A DNA stretch of 64,000 bases from contig JBNKOC010000025.1 in the NCBI GenBank assembly GCA_050294405.1, positions 130,628-194,627 on the forward strand. The letters are read 5' to 3'. Each line of letters starts with the position of its first letter. The stretch's first letter is position 1. The notes under the pieces were generated by a model. That model saw only the letters and a list, made by a program, of their open reading frames with translations. It was not told the origin of the DNA and did no database searches. Position numbers and translations under genes: made by a program. Below are positions 1 through 8,170 of this stretch, piece by piece. The DNA comes from Fibrobacteria bacterium (lineage in GTDB: Bacteria > Fibrobacterota > Fibrobacteria > UBA11236 > JADFYW01).

Positions 1-1
1 A

Positions 2-640
2 AATTACGTGGTCCGTTCTAAAAAACCGCTTTGGGGTAAGATACATGGCTTTTCGTTGAATTATTACTTTAAAGACTCAGATATATACGCAACTTCTTTT
101 TTGAATTCCCAAAAATTACTCACTCCGGAAGATATTTCGGAAAAATACATCAGAGCGGCAGATACCAATTCTCCTCTGGATCAGTTTTTGTTTCACGATT
201 TGAAAATAACTCTAATGGATAATGATTTGGTTAAAGTGGGGCAAATGGCGGATTCCGCGGGAATGGAAATCCGTTATCCCTTTTTAGATAACCAATTAGT
301 GGAGTACACAGGACAAATCGAACCTGGTTTAAAAATTAAAGACGGGTATTTGCGTTATATATTTAAAGGGTCCATGTCCAAATTATTACCAAATGAAATT
401 ATTAATAAATCCAAAAAAGGATTTGGCTTGCCAGTGGTTCCCTGGATGTTACGTTCGGGTCCTTTGAACGATAAACTGGAGTCGGTAATTTTTAGCGACA
501 GCCTAAAAAACAGAGAAATTATTAATCCTAAATTTATTGAAATGTTGTATGGAGAAGCCAAAAAAGACCCGACTACATTTTATGGAACTTATTTGTTTTA
601 CATTTTTATTTTGGAACTTTGGTTGCAAAAGCATTTATGA
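2..640 (+). CDS. Asparagine synthase-like amidotransferase, C-terminal part (5' truncated by window)
   Basis: Frame is open from the window start. Asn_synthase C-terminal motifs: LMDNDLVKVGQM, MEIRYPFLD, KKGFGLP, LELWLQ. Confidence 0.85.
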   Translation, partial: NYVVRSKKPLWGKIHGFSLNYYFKDSDIYATSFLNSQKLLTPEDISEKYIRAADTNSPLDQFLFHDLKITLMDNDLVKVGQMADSAGMEIRYPFLDNQLVEYTGQIEPGLKIKDGYLRYIFKGSMSKLLPNEIINKSKKGFGLPVVPWMLRSGPLNDKLESVIFSDSLKNREIINPKFIEMLYGEAKKDPTTFYGTYLFYIFILELWLQKHL

Positions 641-653
641 TGAGGAGCTGAAA

Positions 654-902
654 ATGAGTGAGTCACAAAAAGAAGAAATTAAAAAAATCATCGCCAACAC
701 CCTGGGGGGTAATTTTGCCAAAGAGGGAGTGGATGACGATTTGAAATTAGTCGGCAATGTTTTGGATTCCATGGCGGTGACTCAGGTTATCACTGCTCTT
801 GAAGAAAACATGGGTTTTATGTTTGATGAAGAAGATTTATCTGCGGAAACTTTTGAATCTGTGGAATCGCTGGTATCTGTTGTAATGGGAAAGCTTGAAT
901 AA
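654..902 (+). CDS. Acyl carrier protein
   Basis: ATG at 654 after GAGGAG (642-647). Acidic 82-aa protein with the LDSM phosphopantetheine motif and an ETFESVESL C-terminus. Confidence 0.88.
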   Translation: MSESQKEEIKKIIANTLGGNFAKEGVDDDLKLVGNVLDSMAVTQVITALEENMGFMFDEEDLSAETFESVESLVSVVMGKLE

Positions 903-1746
903 TAACATGGTGTTAGCCGCCGAGCGCAGCTTTTTTTTTTCGGGAAGCAAAAATCGTCAGATTTATGGTTTTTTTCAGGAGGCAGTGCGCCAGGTTAAAG
1001 GCGCTTTGCTTTATATCCATCCTTTTGCAGAGGAAAAAAATATCAGCCATTATATTATGGCCAATATGCTTCGCCAGGCTTCTCAAAATGGGTACAGCTC
1101 CTTAAGAATCGATTTATCAGGCACCGGCGACAGCGAGTCGGAACTAAACGAAGTAGAGCTTGAAGATTGGCGGCAGGACATTTTGGCCGCTCTTGAGCAG
1201 TTAAAGCAAAAATCTCAGTGTGATAAAGTTTATGTAATGGGGCTTAGAAGCGGATTTAACCTGGGTTTTTGGGCCTGTGAGCAAAGTTCAATAGAGGTTA
1301 ATGGTTATTTGGGTTTGCAGCCTTTACCCGACAGTAAGTTATTTATGCAGCAATTTATTCGGCAGAAAATAAGTACCGAAATTGCCAGTGGAGCTAAAAG
1401 CCAAAAGGGCGTAAAGGCCTTAAGGGAAGAATGCAGGGAAAATGGCGTACTGGAAGTAATAGGTTACCCTTTGGGAGAGGGGCTTTTAAGTGGAATGGAA
1501 AAACTTACTGACGATATAAGCGGTCTTGCTTTTCAAGGCCCAATATCTTTGCTATCCATTGGAAGCATGGAGGCTTCGCCGGTTCCCATGCAGCGCTGGG
1601 TGGATAAATTGCGGGAAAACTGTCCAAAAATTCAGTTATTGCACATTATGGAAGAGGGCTTTTGGGATAAATATTGGAGTTGGAAGGCGCCAAAAACAGA
1701 GTTAATTTTTTTAGAAACGCTTAGGAATTGGGAAAAGGAACTGTAG
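895..1746 (+). CDS. Alpha/beta hydrolase 2, exosortase A system-associated type
   Basis: HPFAEEKN, DLSGTGDS and GLRSG motifs. Sits between the ACP and hydrolase 1. Alternative start at ATG 907. Confidence 0.8.
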   Translation: MNNNMVLAAERSFFFSGSKNRQIYGFFQEAVRQVKGALLYIHPFAEEKNISHYIMANMLRQASQNGYSSLRIDLSGTGDSESELNEVELEDWRQDILAALEQLKQKSQCDKVYVMGLRSGFNLGFWACEQSSIEVNGYLGLQPLPDSKLFMQQFIRQKISTEIASGAKSQKGVKALREECRENGVLEVIGYPLGEGLLSGMEKLTDDISGLAFQGPISLLSIGSMEASPVPMQRWVDKLRENCPKIQLLHIMEEGFWDKYWSWKAPKTELIFLETLRNWEKEL

Positions 1747-2649
1747 TTGGAAAAAGTATGGGAAATACCAATGGGCACCCAAAAATTATTTGGAATAGAA
1801 CATATTCCCAATAAAAATGTGGAACCGCAAACTGCAGTTTTAATGCTGGTGGGGGGGCCACAAAACAGATTAGGTAGCCACCGTTCCTATGTTCAAATAG
1901 CCCGAGGACTAGCAAAAGCCGGATACCGGGTTTTTCGTTTTGATTATGCTGGACTTGGAGATTCCGCCGGAGAATTTATCGGTTTTGAAGGAACTGCTGC
2001 TTCTTTGAAATCAGCCCTGGACCATTTAAATAATGCATTTCCTGAGCTTAAAAATATTTGTTTATGGGCCTTATGCGATGGGGCTGCCGCCAGCGCCATT
2101 TATGCTCCAGCAGACAGAGAGAGAATCAGCTCCATGATATTATGCAATCCCTATGTGCACACAGAAATGGGACAAGCAAAGGCTATTCTTAAATATTATT
2201 ATATTAGCCGCTTTTTCCAGCGGGATTTTTGGATGAAATTATTGGGGTTTAAATTTAATGTATTGGATTCCCTAAAAGATTTTTTCAAGTTGCTGGGCAA
2301 AGGTAAAGCTGCGGAATCTTCAGAACCAGCCACATCCTGCGATCCCCAGAACCCGGTCCAAAAATATGAAGGTCCTCAATTGCCTAGTTTGGTTATAAAT
2401 GGGCTGATTCAATTTAAAAAACCTGTCCAATTTATTTTGAGTACGGCAGACCTTACGGCAAAGGAATTTGAAGAGGCTTTGAAAAAATTTCCGGCCATAA
2501 CAAGTTATTTTAATACGGGTTTATTTTTAAAAACCCCTGTCCAGGGCTCTGACCATACTTTTTCTCAAATGATATATAAAGAGGATGTTATTAAAAAAAC
2601 CACAGCTGCGCTTAAAGCGTTTACGGGAACTGCAGAATGGATAAAATAA
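1747..2649 (+). CDS. Alpha/beta hydrolase 1, exosortase A system-associated type
   Basis: VGGPQNRLGSHR, RFDYAGLGDS, WALCDGA, NPYV, DLTAKEF and DHTFS motifs. AAGGA RBS before the TTG start. Confidence 0.85.
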   Translation: MEKVWEIPMGTQKLFGIEHIPNKNVEPQTAVLMLVGGPQNRLGSHRSYVQIARGLAKAGYRVFRFDYAGLGDSAGEFIGFEGTAASLKSALDHLNNAFPELKNICLWALCDGAAASAIYAPADRERISSMILCNPYVHTEMGQAKAILKYYYISRFFQRDFWMKLLGFKFNVLDSLKDFFKLLGKGKAAESSEPATSCDPQNPVQKYEGPQLPSLVINGLIQFKKPVQFILSTADLTAKEFEEALKKFPAITSYFNTGLFLKTPVQGSDHTFSQMIYKEDVIKKTTAALKAFTGTAEWIK

Positions 2650-4238
2650 GGGTACTAGGCGATATCGTAAAAAACGCAGGGGAGCAATTCCCTGAAAAAG
2701 ATGCTGTACATTATAAATCGGAGTGGAAAAGTTTTGGTCAAATATTAAATGAGTCAAAGTCCTTGGCCAGTTTTTTAGTTTCCAAAGGCCTCCAAAAAAA
2801 CCAGCGAGTTTGTTTTTTTCTGGAAAAAAGGTTTGAAAAAGTAAGTTCCATCTGGGGAATTTCTCTATCGGGCGGATGTTTTGTTCCAATTCGAAAATTG
2901 TCTCTTCCCCCACAGGTGGTTCACATATTTAATGATTGCGGGTCAGAAATTTTGATTACCACCGCAGAGCGTATACAATACATGGGCGATGAAATGGCAA
3001 ATATGCCAAATTTGAAGAAAATTATCTTGGTTGGAAAGCGAGAGGAAGAAGTATTAAATAAACTTCCCAATTCCATTGAGGTTTTCAACTGGGACGATGC
3101 TGTGGGATTTCAGGAAGTTTCTCTTCCCCATGTTATTCAGTACGACTTGGCTGCCATATTGTATACATCAGGTTCTACGGGTAAACCAAAGGGCGTGGTT
3201 TTGAACCATTTGAATATTGTGGAAGGGGCTAAAAAAGTTTCTCAATTTTTAGATATAACTGAAAGGGACAGGTTGCTTTCCATATTGACTTTTGGATTTG
3301 ATTACGGACTAAATCAATTGACCAGTTCTTTTTATAAAGGGGCGCAAATTGTTTTGTTCGACTATCTTTTTCCTAAAGACATTATCAGCCATTCAAAAAA
3401 AATGGAAGTCACCGGCCTTGCGGCGGTAGCTACCACCTGGATACAATTGGCTCAAATAAAATGGAGCCAGGAAGATGTGCCAAAATTGCGTTATATTACA
3501 AATTCCGGCGGTGCCATTCCTGAGCAGCATGTGTTGGAGCTGAATAAAAGGCTAAGCCAGGGGAAAGTGTTTTTGATGTATGGATTAACCGAGGCCTTCC
3601 GCTCAACCTTTTTAGATCCAGAATTAGTGGAAAAATATCCTACATCCATGGGTAAGGCCATACCAGGAGAAGAAATTATTATTGTGGACGAAAACAATAA
3701 GCCTGTAAAAGAAGGTGACGTGGGAGAGCTGGTGCACCGTGGAGTGCTGGTGGCTCAGGGCTATTGGAATGCGCCAGAGCTTACAGCTATACGTTATAAG
3801 CGCGATCCTTTAAACCCTCCCGAAGTTATGGTTCCCATGATGGCGGTCTACAGCGGAGATCGAGTTAAACTCGGAGAAAATGGGCTGCTGTTTTTTGTGG
3901 GGCGCAACGATGAAATGATCAAATGCGCTGGCAATCGGGTTTCGCCCACGGAAATTGAGGAACTGTTATATAATTCAGATATGTTAGCAACGGCTATGGC
4001 AATGGGAGTGCCCCACGAAACTTACGGCCAAACGGTTTTTGCAATTGTGGTGCCTAAGGATAGCAAAAGTTTTGATTTGGAAGCGTTTAAATCATATTGT
4101 AAAAAAAGTATGCCTCCCCATATGTGCCCTCAAGGTTATGAAGTTAGGGAAACGCTACCTCAAAACACTAATGGAAAACTAGACAGATCCCGGATTAGCA
4201 AAGAAATTTATGCGGACTTAGGGTTAGAAAAAAAATAG
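2637..4238 (+). CDS. AMP-forming acyl-CoA/acyl-ACP ligase, exosortase A-associated type
   Basis: YTSGSTGKPKG P-loop, FDYGLNQL, MYGLTEAFRST, GNRVSPTEIE and NGKLDR motifs. Confidence 0.9.
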   Translation: MDKIRVLGDIVKNAGEQFPEKDAVHYKSEWKSFGQILNESKSLASFLVSKGLQKNQRVCFFLEKRFEKVSSIWGISLSGGCFVPIRKLSLPPQVVHIFNDCGSEILITTAERIQYMGDEMANMPNLKKIILVGKREEEVLNKLPNSIEVFNWDDAVGFQEVSLPHVIQYDLAAILYTSGSTGKPKGVVLNHLNIVEGAKKVSQFLDITERDRLLSILTFGFDYGLNQLTSSFYKGAQIVLFDYLFPKDIISHSKKMEVTGLAAVATTWIQLAQIKWSQEDVPKLRYITNSGGAIPEQHVLELNKRLSQGKVFLMYGLTEAFRSTFLDPELVEKYPTSMGKAIPGEEIIIVDENNKPVKEGDVGELVHRGVLVAQGYWNAPELTAIRYKRDPLNPPEVMVPMMAVYSGDRVKLGENGLLFFVGRNDEMIKCAGNRVSPTEIEELLYNSDMLATAMAMGVPHETYGQTVFAIVVPKDSKSFDLEAFKSYCKKSMPPHMCPQGYEVRETLPQNTNGKLDRSRISKEIYADLGLEKK

Positions 4239-4246
4239 GAAGTTTT

Positions 4247-5476
4247 ATGGCAATATTCGATTCTGTTGCTTCTCACATTGAGCAAAGGGATGGGCAAATT
4301 TACCTGGCGGGCCAAAGTATTAGCCGGATTGTGGAACAGACAGGGACACCTGTGTATTTGTATGATACATCTGTTCTGAAATGGAGGCATGATTTACTCA
4401 GAAAGTTTCTTCCAAAAGAAATAAAAATCACTTATGCGGTTAAGGCAAACCCAAATATTGATGTAATACGAGAGTTAAATAAATTGTATGATGGGGTGGA
4501 TCTTGCTTCGCAAGGGGAAATGGAGCGCTGTTTATTAGCATCTGTAGAACCGGAAAATATGAGTTTTGCGGGACCTGGGAAAAGTATTGAAGAGCTTGAA
4601 TTTGCCATTAAAAATAAAATTGGCAGTTTGAGTGTGGAAAGCGAACGTGAACTTGAACATATCGAAAATATATGCCGCAAGAATAACCTAAAGGCTAATG
4701 TAATGATTAGGGTTAACCCTGCATTTGAGTTGGCCCGTAGCGGTCTTAAAATGGGTGGTGGGCCTAAACAATTTGGAATTGATTCTGAACGGGTTGAAAA
4801 TGTAATTAAGCAGCTCGAAAACTCAGAATACATCCAGTTTAAGGGAATACATATATTTTCAGGTACTCAAAATTTAAATGCAGAATCTATTGTAGAGGCC
4901 TTCCAAAAAATTTTAGAATACACAACGGAACTTCAAGCCAATATAAGTATTCCCGTAAGTACATTAAATTTAGGCGGGGGATTTGGAATACCATATTTTT
5001 TGGGAGACAAAGAATTAGATTTGGAGTTTTTGGGCTCCGAAATCCAAAAATTAGTGGATACTTTTTCTCCAAAGCTGCCTCAAACCCAATTCAAAATTGA
5101 ATTGGGCCGATATATTGTGGGAGAGGCTGGACTTTACGCTTCTCGCATCAGATATAAAAAAATATCCCGGGGCACCACCTTTTTGGTCTTGGATGGGGGA
5201 ATGCACCAGCATTTACCCGCTTCAGGCAATATTTCCCTAAGTCCAATCAGGCGGCAAATGCAGCTGACAGTAGCTAATAAATTAAATGCAGCTACCGAAA
5301 AAGTTCATGTTGTGGGCCCTCTTTGTACACCTCTGGATACATTTGGAATGAATGTGGAATTGCCTGCGGCAGAGGAGGGAGATATTGTAGTTGTGTATAA
5401 TTCAGGAGCTTACGGATATTCCATCAGCCCCTTAAATTTTTTAAGTCATCCCCTGCCTAAGGAAGTATTGGTTTAA
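4247..5476 (+). CDS. PLP-dependent (LysA/BtrK-like) decarboxylase, exosortase A-associated type
   Basis: YAVKAN (PLP lysine), QFGID, NLGGGFGIPY, ELGRY, GPLCTPLD and GAYG motifs. Confidence 0.9.
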   Translation: MAIFDSVASHIEQRDGQIYLAGQSISRIVEQTGTPVYLYDTSVLKWRHDLLRKFLPKEIKITYAVKANPNIDVIRELNKLYDGVDLASQGEMERCLLASVEPENMSFAGPGKSIEELEFAIKNKIGSLSVESERELEHIENICRKNNLKANVMIRVNPAFELARSGLKMGGGPKQFGIDSERVENVIKQLENSEYIQFKGIHIFSGTQNLNAESIVEAFQKILEYTTELQANISIPVSTLNLGGGFGIPYFLGDKELDLEFLGSEIQKLVDTFSPKLPQTQFKIELGRYIVGEAGLYASRIRYKKISRGTTFLVLDGGMHQHLPASGNISLSPIRRQMQLTVANKLNAATEKVHVVGPLCTPLDTFGMNVELPAAEEGDIVVVYNSGAYGYSISPLNFLSHPLPKEVLV

Positions 5477-5479
5477 TTT

Positions 5480-6907
5480 ATGTATAAAATTGAAATTGCA
5501 ACGACCCTGGAAGCGGTGGAAAAAAGTGAGCCGGAAGTAAAAGCCCTTTGCCTTGAGGCAAAGTCTAACCTTTCTTTTCATCAAATCAGCTTTCCCAAAC
5601 TATGGTATCAATTTTTTAACGGAGAAGATGGGGCTTATTACGGAGATAAAAGGGGGCGTAATTTTTTCGGGCAAAAAAGCGTTTTAAAATCCATGCACTA
5701 TGTAAGTTTGGTATATAGTGGGAAGCTTGTTGGATTTATGCCACTGGTTTTTTTTGATGTATTTGTCAGAGGGGAAAAAGAACCCGTTAAGCTATTGAGC
5801 TTTTCAGGGGACTCTGTATTAATGTTTTTTCAGGATATATTGGTGCTTCAAGAACATCGAGAGGAAGGCGTAAAAGCATTGGTAGACCACCTGGCTCAGG
5901 TATCCAAACAAGAAAACGCTCTTGTGTATTTAGGCTATATTCCCGAAGACTCTGAAAACCTTATTTTCCTGGAAAAATCCTTACGCGAAAAAATATCTCA
6001 GGGGTTTTCGGGAGGAATGGCCTATAACCGCAGCCGCCCTGGTGTTTATCCCTGGAATATTAAGCCTTTGGTAAAAGCGTTATTATCCTATTGTGAAAAA
6101 CTGCCAGAAGATTCTGATATATCCGCCAGAATTAATGAGTTGATTGAAAAACTAGAAGCGCAAACATCCGCCTTATTAGTATTTGCAGCAACCCGGAAAA
6201 ATTTTGAAGAAGAATTGGAGCGCATAATTACACTTTTGGAGTCTAATCCCGATACTTCTGATTGCCGGAAACCTCTCGAAGAAGCTATTAAGGATCACTT
6301 AATTGTATACCCTTATATCAGATTGCCTCAAAAACCTGAAGATTATAGCAATGGATTAAGTTCAAGTAAGCGTTATTATTTTAAGCGTTATTTTAAGAAA
6401 TTTTTCGCACAGGAAGCTGTTTTTGAAAAGCTCGAGCCCTCTGATATTACCGAAAAAGATGTGGATGATTATTTGAGCCTTCATGTACAACGATGGGGCG
6501 ATGAATCCATAATGGCAAATGATTTGACCCTGGATTTTCAAAAGCAATTGTGTTTGGCCCTGGCAAAGGATGGGGTTTTTAGAATGTTCTTTGCGAAATG
6601 GAAGGGAAAACGAATTGCTGTTCATGTATGTATAGATGCCGCAAACCGCAGAGAGTACTTTTTTTCTGGCCGGGATATGGAAGCCCAAAATTTACGGGCA
6701 GGAAAGCTTATGGTGATGCATACTATTGAAGACGCGATTACAAGCGGGTTTGAAATATACGACTTCGGTTTCGGTGGCGATGAATATAAAGCGGATTTTA
6801 CCAAAGAAGCGCGGCATGTAAAATGCCTTTTGTTGTGCGCCGAAGCATCGCAGATGAAGTTGGAACAAATATTTCCGAAATTCGAATACATTAAAATTGA
6901 ATCCTAA
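5480..6907 (+). CDS. GNAT-family acetyltransferase (Acetyltransf_6/CelD-like) with helical insertion
   Basis: C-terminal RAGKLMV..IEDA...GFEIYDFGFGGDEYK motif and an LSSSKR..FKR segment. Confidence 0.75.
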   Translation: MYKIEIATTLEAVEKSEPEVKALCLEAKSNLSFHQISFPKLWYQFFNGEDGAYYGDKRGRNFFGQKSVLKSMHYVSLVYSGKLVGFMPLVFFDVFVRGEKEPVKLLSFSGDSVLMFFQDILVLQEHREEGVKALVDHLAQVSKQENALVYLGYIPEDSENLIFLEKSLREKISQGFSGGMAYNRSRPGVYPWNIKPLVKALLSYCEKLPEDSDISARINELIEKLEAQTSALLVFAATRKNFEEELERIITLLESNPDTSDCRKPLEEAIKDHLIVYPYIRLPQKPEDYSNGLSSSKRYYFKRYFKKFFAQEAVFEKLEPSDITEKDVDDYLSLHVQRWGDESIMANDLTLDFQKQLCLALAKDGVFRMFFAKWKGKRIAVHVCIDAANRREYFFSGRDMEAQNLRAGKLMVMHTIEDAITSGFEIYDFGFGGDEYKADFTKEARHVKCLLLCAEASQMKLEQIFPKFEYIKIES

Positions 6908-6909
6908 TT

Positions 6910-8169
6910 ATGCCTAATAATACCGAAAGCGCAAAAAATTTAAAAGCCCTGATGGTGGCGTACCACTTTCCCCCAATACACGGAAGTAGCGGTTATTTGC
7001 GTACTTTAAAATTTGTAAAATACCTGTTTCAAAAAAATGTAATGCCAAAAGTATTAACGGTTAATCCAAGGGCATATGTAGCTGTTAAAGAAGATATGTT
7101 AAAGCAGGTTCCCCAAGGAGTTGAAGTAATTCGCAGTTTTGCTTTGGACAGCCAAAAACATTTGAGCTTCAAGGGAAAGTATTTTGGTTGGATGAGCATT
7201 CCTGACAGGTATCCAAGCTGGATACCTTTTGCTGTATTGGATGGTCTTATGGCTATTCGGAAAAATAATATTGATGTTATATTTTCCACCTATCCTATTC
7301 CTTCTGCCATGTTAATAGGTTTGCTGTTAAAAAAAATAAGCAAAAAAACCTGGGTGGCCGATTTTAGGGATCCAATGTGGGATGAATATGTGGAAACAGC
7401 CACTTCGGGCATATTTAAAGCGCGCGCCTGGATTGAGAAAAAAAGTGTATTAGCCGCAGACAAAATTACGGTGACTACTCAGGGAATAAAAGATCTTTTT
7501 GTTAAGAGGTATGGAAAAGATGTTGAGTCCAAAATTGTTGTCATTGAAAATGGCTACGATGAAGAAGATTTTATTGCCTTGAAAAAAAATGCAAAATCCG
7601 AAGGCAAAATTGAACTTATTCACACAGGTTTATTGGAACCTGTGGACAGAAACCCTATTCCCTTTTTTAAAGCGCTTAAAATGCTTTTGGATGATAGTCC
7701 GGAGTTTAAAAACAAAATTGCTGTACGATTTTATGCAAGCGGACACGATGATAAATATTTGCCTGTTTTACGGGAATTAGGGCTGGATTCTTTGGTAGAA
7801 TTGCTGCCTGGAGTATCATATGGCGAAGCCCTGCAAAAAGTCAACGACTCCCATATTTCTCTAATTTTCCAAGGCAAAAGCTGCAATAATCAAATACCTG
7901 CCAAATTATATGAGTATTTGAGAATTGGAAACCCCATTTTGGGTATGACCACTATAGAAGGATTAACTGGAAAAACTATATTGGATAGTGGTGCCGGGGA
8001 AGTGGTGTCCGACGAGGATTCTGAGGCTATTTTTGCCATTTTAAAAAATTGGCTGCAGAAATTACAAGCTGGGCAGCCCCTGCCAAAAGTGACTGAGGAT
8101 AAAGTAAAAATGTATTCCCGAGAGTTTCAAGCCGAACAATTAGCTCAATTAATGGCCGAGGTAGCCTAA
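6910..8169 (+). CDS. Glycosyltransferase family 4
   Basis: AYHFPP..GSSG..R, WVADFRDP, IENGYD and IPAKLYEY motifs. Confidence 0.85.
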   Translation: MPNNTESAKNLKALMVAYHFPPIHGSSGYLRTLKFVKYLFQKNVMPKVLTVNPRAYVAVKEDMLKQVPQGVEVIRSFALDSQKHLSFKGKYFGWMSIPDRYPSWIPFAVLDGLMAIRKNNIDVIFSTYPIPSAMLIGLLLKKISKKTWVADFRDPMWDEYVETATSGIFKARAWIEKKSVLAADKITVTTQGIKDLFVKRYGKDVESKIVVIENGYDEEDFIALKKNAKSEGKIELIHTGLLEPVDRNPIPFFKALKMLLDDSPEFKNKIAVRFYASGHDDKYLPVLRELGLDSLVELLPGVSYGEALQKVNDSHISLIFQGKSCNNQIPAKLYEYLRIGNPILGMTTIEGLTGKTILDSGAGEVVSDEDSEAIFAILKNWLQKLQAGQPLPKVTEDKVKMYSREFQAEQLAQLMAEVA

Positions 8170-8170
8170 A

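Noticed and set aside
537..653. ORF-track upstream extensions (ACP from 537, prsR from 32634, ribD from 46640, nusB from 50071)
   Set aside because: They overlap neighbouring genes; the downstream starts match the family N-termini.
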